From positions 1 through 9,882 of the forward strand of contig JBHGNT010001316.1 of assembly GCA_043228905.1 (NCBI GenBank): DNA of 9,882 bases, in the 5' to 3' direction. Positions 1 through 9,882 of this stretch are shown in pieces. The translations under genes were made by a program, and so were the position numbers. Each line of letters opens with the position of its first letter. Position 1 is the stretch's first letter. The notes beneath the pieces are model-generated. The model made no database searches. It was given only the letters and a program-made list of their open reading frames with translations, and was not told the origin of the DNA. The stretch comes from Azolla caroliniana. Taxonomy: Eukaryota; Plantae; Polypodiophyta.

Positions 1-825
1 ACATGTTGTTGGTTGGATCCTCTTATGTCATCTTTGACAATGAAACATTTGTTTGTTGCAAAGGAACGATTTTAAACCTCTTCGTAATTTGCATTTTATG
101 ACAAAGGATAATATACATAGAACTTTAGCCAACACTACAAAAAAGAATCCCCCTTTTAAACGTGTCTAATAGTACATGGATAATGGATATGCTGATTATA
201 GTAACATATCAAGCCTCATATGCTTGTGTAACACAAAATGTGTGAACAACATTGCTACTTCCATAGCTTGCGAGGTTGGTTCTGTAATTCTAATTGTTGT
301 GACTTGTACTAGTCTCCAATGGGCCAACAATGTGGCAATTGGTCTAATATGTTTATTTTGCACGGATTATTGAGTCAAACACATATCTATGAATAAGCTT
401 CGATTAATATGATGAATCTACCATTCAACAGTGGGTGTGTAAAAAAAAAAGCTAATTTAAAATTTTACGAGATTGTCTTACATGGTAGAAGTTAGAACGT
501 GTGGTGGGAATTACGAATGAATCAAAACATATGTTGGCATGACAATGACCTCTTCATTGTGTCTTGTCACATATTAAAGGGCATTCATGTCGTTTATACG
601 AGCACGTCCATCTTTCTCTATTTTCAAGTTTGTCCAACTTTCTCTTGTTCATTTATCTTAACGTTATTTGTTCACTTTATTTTATTGTAGATATTAGTGA
701 TAACATACACACAAATCAACAAACTTTATGCCTTTTATATAACCGACTTTGTGGAGATATCGATAATGAATGTGGTTTTGATGTTTTTTGCACACCCAAA
801 CTTATTGTATACTAACGTTCTACAG

Positions 826-4315
<3,490 letters not shown>

Positions 4316-4658
4316 CAAGAAAGTGGAGTCTACTTCAACTTAGCATTTAAGACACATTGGCCAAATATGATTTCTTTGGGTGCAATAAGCCCTTGGGATT
4401 AGGGTACAAGGACAACTGATTTCTTTCAACCGTTTGTAAATTAAATTGTTAAAAATGTGCATGCATCGTCTTATTCTGTTTTAAAAGGCACCGATATCAT
4501 TATTTTCAACCTTTGGGTTGTGGAAAATGAGTTTGTAATTATGTTCATAATGTCAATTTCATTGTTTGTGTAATGGTCTAAAAGTTAAAACGTTGTCGCG
4601 TTATTACGCGCGTACGTGTTGAAAGGGGCGGGACCACGGGGGTCTTGGACTGAGGAGC

Positions 4659-4686
4659 GAGAGAGAGATACAGAGAGAGAGAAAGA
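4659..4686. repeat. Imperfect (GA)n tract immediately flanking the retrotransposon
   Basis: GAGAGAGAGATACAGAGAGAGAGAAAGA-type purine tract ending at the base before the LTR TG. Confidence 0.85.
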
Positions 4687-4778
4687 TGTCGAATACAAGT
4701 GTATAATGGACGTATTCACACTATCCCTTTAGGCCATTTGTGTAATTAGCATAAAGGGTAGTTGCCCTAAGTCGGTCA

Positions 4779-4789
4779 CTATATATATT
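4779..4789 (+). promoter_or_regulatory. Putative LTR TATA box
   Basis: CTATATATATT about 90 bp into the LTR, the usual form and position for a plant copia U3 TATA box. Confidence 0.65.
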
Positions 4790-4857
4790 GACCTTGTAAC
4801 CTTTTTGTAAGGTTGGGTGTTGTATTATTGTTTCTATTGAATAGAAAGTCTTTTGTG

Positions 4858-4858
<1 letters not shown>

Positions 4859-4892
<34 letters not shown>
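4859..4892. repeat. (CT)17 microsatellite inside the 5' LTR
   Basis: Perfect CT dinucleotide run of 34 bp. Confidence 0.95.
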
Positions 4893-4896
<4 letters not shown>

Positions 4897-4984
4897 AACG
4901 ACCTAGAAACTGTCATACGCAGGTATTCAAACACCAATCGAATGCTTCTTGATCTTCCGCATAGACGACCTCGACCCCAACATC

Positions 4985-4997
4985 TGGTATCAGAGCC
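4985..4997 (+). other. Primer binding site complementary to the 3' end of initiator tRNA-Met
   Basis: TGGTATCAGAGCC, the canonical plant iMet PBS, 2 bp after the LTR-terminal CA. Confidence 0.96.
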
Positions 4998-5657
4998 TGC
5001 ACAGTAGTCGGTCCTTCAATCTGCTGTCGGCCGTCGTCTCAGCCTGCACAGCATTCGGTTTCCTGCGTCATTCGAAGAAGAGAGAAGAAGAAGAGAAACG
5101 AGGCTTGCATCTCATCGCGTTAGATCATCTTCGCTTGGAGTAAGCCAGTAGGTTGTACTCTGTCCCTTGTGATCGTAACCGCTCGAGGTGAAATCCCCTT
5201 GTGCAACATTGACACGATCGTGCTCCACCCGGTTAAACGGCATCCGAAGAGGTAATCAAACGCCGCTCATTGTAACCACTCGGTGCAGATCGGTCTCAAG
5301 ACAACAACCCCAAATTCGTGCTTCATCTGGCTGATCGACATTCGGGAGGATCAGTTGGATCCGTCTCTCTCGTTGCTGCAGTCAACCGAAGCAGAATCGG
5401 TCCAGATAATCGGTTTCAATAATCGGTATTCGGCATATATATCCGAAGCGAACCGGGCTCACTCCGACTCGGCAACATTCGGGAAGACCAGTCGGTTCTG
5501 TCCCTCAAGCTACCGGAGTCAATTCGAGCAAGTTCCGAAGCCGAACCGACTCGGGTTCAAATCCGACTAGAACGATATCCGGTGAGCCAACCGGCTGCAC
5601 TCCAACAAGGTTCGTAGTCAACTCCGAACCGAGCTTCGTCAACCGAAACCGAATTTG

Positions 5658-8600
5658 ATGGCATCAACATCCGGCTCGTCAGAAATGAGTCTCCGAAAGT
5701 TCGATGGATCGAACTTCAACTTCTGGAAGGAACAAATGCAGGACTATCTCATAGTCAAGGGGCAAATCGATCCCATCGAAAATGAAGAACCTCCAGAAGG
5801 ATACAAACCAATTGAGTGGCAGAAGCTGGACAGAATCGTCCGCGCCACGATTCGGATGCACCTATCGGAATCGGTATACTTTACGGTGCAATCGTGTACG
5901 ACAGCATTCGAACTGTGGAAAACACTGTCGAACACTTACGAAAAGAAGGTCGCCGCAACAAAGATGTTTCTGATCTGGCGCCTCTACAACTTGCGGATGA
6001 AAGAATCCGACTCGGTTCAAGCACACCTCAATGAGTACGAAAGCATAAGCTCCCAAATCTCGTCATAGGGGACGGCAATCGAGGATGAACTCAGAGCAAT
6101 GATACTCATGAGTAGCCTTCCCTCATCATGGGAAACTTTCGTCACAACCGTGTGCAACGCGTCAACCACAGCTGTTAAATACTCTGAAGTCACGAGCGCA
6201 ATCCTGACCGAAGCAGCTCGGAGAAAGTCTTTCGCCAAAGACTCAACAGACGACGCTTATGTAGTACAAGGTTCGACAGACCGATCGAACATACGAGGAA
6301 GAGATTCCTCACGACCGCCGAACAATCAACGAAGACGGAGCCAGTCACGGGATAACCGAATCTGCAACTATTGCAAGAAACCCGGACACATCAAAGCCGA
6401 CTGCCGCGCACTCAAGAACAAGAACAACAAGAAGAGTGGCCGGCATGAGGAGATCAATTACGTCAGCTTCTCAGCTGATGTGCTACCAGACGACCCGAAT
6501 ATACTATCAATCGAAAATCCAGTTGGATCAGAAGTCCTACTCACGACTGAAGAGTCGAGCACATGGCTCTTAGATTCGGGCGCGTAATTTCACGTGACTC
6601 CTCATCGATCCCAATTTCGGCAATATACGATCCGTCACTCCGACTCAGTTCGAGTCGGCAACTCACAACACTGTGACATCATCGGAATCGGCACAGTAGA
6701 GCTCAACCTTGCAGGTGGCTCTACACTTGTACTCCACAATGTCCGACATGTACCCGAGCTCTCAAGGCCATTGATCTCAGTCGGACAACTAGATGAAGAC
6801 GGCATTCGTGCCGGTTTTTCTTCGGGAGGGTGGACACTCCACAGGGGGAACCTCCTGCTTGCTAGAGGACCCAAGATACACTCACTGTATCCGTTACATG
6901 TTACGCTCAGAGAGGGTAACCTGTTTTTGGTGGATATTCCTGTGTCATCACTATGGCACAGAAGATTAGGACATCTCAGCAAGGCCGGCATCACGCATCT
7001 ATCTAGAGCCGGATACATCCCTAAACTCTCCTTCTCCGACCATCAATTCTGCGAGCATTGCCAGTATGGCAAACAAGCAGCCGCATCACACCCGACATCA
7101 GCACCAAGAGAAACGAGACCTCTTGATTTGGTCCACTCGGACGTCTGTGGCCCAATGCCGCATCAGTCTCTCGGCGGTGCCTCTTACTTCGTCACTTTTA
7201 TTGACGATTCGACTCGAAAGGTGTGGGCTTATCCGATTCGCACCAAAGATCGGGTCTTCTCGATCTTCACCGATTGGCTCGCTATGGTAGAAAATCAAAC
7301 CGACCGAAAGCTGAAATGCTTTCGGACAGACAATGGGGGAGAGTTCAAATCCGATGAATTCGTCAAATTCTGCCGACAACGCGGCATCCGACGTGAATTT
7401 ACGGCACCACACAGTCCGGAGCAAAACGGGATTGCAGAACGAATGAATCGGACAATCCAAGAACGGATAGTTTCCATGCTCCAACACTCCGGACTGTCGA
7501 ATGGCTTCTGGGCAGAGGCTCTACTCACGGCAGTACACATAATCAATATGTCGCCAAGTAGACCTCTAGGACTTCAAATTCCTTAGGAACTATGGATCGG
7601 CAGTAAGCCGAATTACGACAAGCTGAGGATCTTCGGATGCGAGGCGTACGCCCTTATTCCGAAAGATGATCGCCGAAAACTTACACCTCGGTCCAGGAAA
7701 TGCATTTTCCTTGGATATGGATCAGACGGCGAAATGGGATACCGACTCTGGGACCCCGAACGCAGACAAATCGTTCGAAGTTCGGACGTTGTGTTCAACG
7801 AGTCGGCTATGAATCCATCAGTCGAAAAACCGATCGAAGTCCGAAGGGTAACATTTTCCGATGTGCCGACCCTTCAAGAAGGCCCCGCTCTCAACACACG
7901 GTCAGCTTCACGGGTAGCTGAACCCTACACTACCGACTCGGACAACTCCGACTCGGCACAGCAGAACAATCCGCTTTCGGACCATCCGACCACGATACCC
8001 GATGCGACCAGTCCAATCATACCTCGACGATCCGAGAGACTGTCGCAACCTCCGGAGAGGTACTCTCCTGGAATTTTCTTCACCGACGCCGGCGAACCGA
8101 CGTCTTACGAAGAAGCATCGACATCTGTCGATTCAGCCACCTGGCATCTGGCGATGGAGTCGGAAATGCACTCCATTCGGGCAAACAAGACTTGGGATCT
8201 GGTCGAATTACCTAAGAACCGACGTGCTCTTCCTTGCAAGTGGGTTTATCGACTAAAAGAGACGTCTGATTCGACCACCCCAAAGTACAAGGCCAGATTA
8301 GTTGCGAAGGGCTTCCGACAAGAATATGGCGTCGACTTCGACGAGATTTTTTCACCAGTGGTGAAAATGACAACCCTTCGTTTTCTACTCGGCGTAGTGG
8401 CAGCCGACAACTTGGAGCTGATTCAGCTAGATGTCAAAACAGCCTTCCTCCATGGTGATCTCGAGGAGGAAATTTATATGGAGCAGCCAAAAGGCTTCGT
8501 GGCAACTGGCCAAGAACATCTAGTCTGCCGACTCAGGAAGAGTCTATACGGCCTCAAACAGGCACCACGACAATGGTACAAGAAGTTCGACGACTTCATC

Positions 8601-9671
8601 CAATCGATCGGCTTCTCCAAAAGCGATGAGGACCATTGTCTCTTCACCAACACAGCTCACGATGGATCACCCATCTTCCTCATCATTTACGTGGACGACA
8701 TGCTAATTTCTGGACGCCATGCGGGCGAACTTGCCGATCTCATTCGGCAACTGCGGTTGAAGTTTGCCATGAAGGACCTCGGTTCGGCACGACACATACT
8801 CGGCATGAAGATTAGTCGGCATCGCGATAAACGACATCTTTTTTTGTCTCAGACCGACTATATCCGACGTGTCTTGGAACGCTTCAACATGCAATCAGCC
8901 AAATCTGCTTCAACCCCGCTCCCAATGAATCTTCGGCTCTCTCAGCGAGACTGCCCGACATCCGGCCCGGAGGGGGAAGATATGAAGTCGGTACCGTATG
9001 CACCGGCAATCGGCTCCCTTATGTACCTGATGGTCCCGACACGGCCTGATATTTCTCATGCCGTAGGAGTCGTTAGCAGATTTATGCACAATCCTGGCCG
9101 ATCGCATTGGAACGCAGTCAAGCATGTGTTCAGATATCTGGCTGGCACAAAAGACCATGGCATTCTTTTCGGTCCGAACCGAACCTCAGGCGTAGTCGGT
9201 TACACCGACTCGGACTTCGCCGGCTGTATAGACAGTCGGAAATCAACAACCGGATACTGCTTCAAATTCGGCAATGGAGCAATCTCGTGGAAGTCGAAAC
9301 TTCAGGAGTGCACAACGACCTCAACGACCGAAGCAGAATATGTAGCTGCGTCCGACGCAGCAAAAGAAGCTTTATGGCTCGGTCGGCTGGCGCACACGTT
9401 TCGACAAGTCGACCATGACTCGGCTCCAGTTGTCTACAGCGACAGTCAAGGTGCTGTTGCCTTGTCGAAAAATCCGGTTCACCACAACGCCTCCAAACAT
9501 ATCGACGTTCGATATCACTTCGTTCGGGACTGCGTCATTTCAGGGAAAATCGGTCTAGAGAAAATATCCACAACCGACAATGTCGCAGATGGAATGACCA
9601 AGTGTCTTTCGGCAGACCGCTTTCGATTTCTTCGGCATCAGATGGGTGTAACGACAAACCAGTCCGGTTAG
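5658..9671 (+). pseudogene. gag-pol: gag-pol polyprotein (Gag, CCHC knuckle, aspartic protease, integrase, reverse transcriptase, RNase H) with 3 in-frame stops
   Basis: ORF pieces 5655-6068, 6099-6587, 6594-7586 and 7734-9671 are all in one frame, and the gaps translate sensibly. Motifs: CNYCKKPGHIKADC 6363-6404; DSGA 6573-6584; WHRRLGH..CEHC; HSDVCGP / RTDNGGE / NGIAER (DDE); MGYRLWD (GKGY-like); YVDD 8688-8699; YTDSDFAG, TEAEY, HIDVRYHF, ADGMTK. Premature stops: TAG 6066-6068, TAA 6585-6587, TAG 7584-7586. Confidence 0.95.
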
Positions 9672-9857
9672 AGCCGGACACAGAGCAGGATGGTTCCCGA
9701 CAACCGACATCAGTTCCTTAATGATCGGCTTCAACTGTTCCGACCCGACCAGTTCGGTCTTCTGCCTTCGGACCCTGCCGACTCGAACAAAGCTGATATG
9801 TCCGAGAACCTAAGTCTATACCTGTAATCTTAGATAACCCATGTATACGCCCATTAC

Positions 9858-9864
9858 GGGGGAG
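9858..9864 (+). other. Polypurine tract
   Basis: GGGGGAG directly abutting the TG of the 3' LTR. Confidence 0.9.
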
Positions 9865-9882
9865 TGTCAAATACAAGTGTAT
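9865..9882 (+). repeat. 3' LTR, first 18 bp (continues beyond window)
   Basis: TGTCAAATACAAGTGTAT versus TGTCGAATACAAGTGTAT at 4687-4704; one G/A difference. Confidence 0.9.

Larger units (their letters stand above)
4687..4982 (+). repeat. 5' LTR (296 bp, TG...CA)
   Basis: Begins TGTCGAATACAAGTGTAT, matching 17/18 the sequence right after the PPT at 9865; ends CAACA 2 bp before the PBS. Confidence 0.9.
4687..9882 (+). mobile_element. Ty1/copia LTR retrotransposon (Tnt1/Tork-like), truncated by the window edge within the 3' LTR
   Basis: Order is LTR-PBS-gag-PR-IN-RT-RH-PPT-LTR, with integrase before RT (copia order). RT segments FDEIFSPVVKMTT and QLDVKTAFLHGDLEEEIYMEQP resemble tobacco Tnt1; the lineage is from recall, not a search. 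Confidence 0.97.

Noticed and set aside
4636-4642. ACGGGGG resembling the PPT, hinting at a tandem upstream element
   Set aside because: Only 7 bp, lies ~45 bp from the LTR, and has no pol remnant upstream.
4617-4686. Alternative LTR start TGTTG at 4617, a perfect 5-bp inverted match to the terminal CAACA
   Set aside because: The sequence directly after the PPT matches 4687, not 4617, so 4687 is the supported boundary. An older separate element starting at 4617 cannot be excluded.
4813-5570. ORFs in the LTR and leader (64, 64 and 95 aa) as an extra retroelement gene
   Set aside because: Non-ATG starts, derived from microsatellite or repeat sequence, and no domain motifs.
6585-6587. Programmed stop readthrough between gag and pol
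   Set aside because: The stop falls inside the protease motif (DSGA*FH), and the other two stops lie within gag and integrase, so these are lesions rather than recoding sites.
5679-9418. Antisense and alternative-frame ORFs (up to 129 aa) overlapping gag-pol
   Set aside because: Expected shadows of a GC-balanced coding sequence; none is long or has recognisable motifs.
9672-9857. env-like or extra 3' ORF
   Set aside because: Only 186 bp separate the pol stop from the PPT.

Overview
Plant-type eukaryotic genomic DNA with two parts. The AT-rich left half (1-~4600) carries the last eight exons (826-4315, + strand) of an apparently intact serine carboxypeptidase-like gene (peptidase S10, clade II-like). 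All junctions are GT-AG and phase-compatible, the Ser-Asp-His triad is present, and the first exons lie left of the window. Starting 371 bp after its stop codon, in the same orientation, is a near-complete Ty1/copia (Tnt1/Tork-like) LTR retrotransposon: 5' LTR 4687-4982, tRNA-iMet PBS 4985-4997, a single-frame gag-pol 5658-9671 broken by three premature stops, PPT 9858-9864, and the first 18 bp of the 3' LTR. I found no convincing wholly new biological system. The most interesting fine structures are a predicted stem enclosing the PPT/LTR junction, a duplicated exon-intron junction flanking an 82-bp intronic tandem repeat, a stop-free in-frame intron, a nested fold-back in an intron, and a promoter-like GA-rich insertion site. 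All calls were read by eye; no searches were run.
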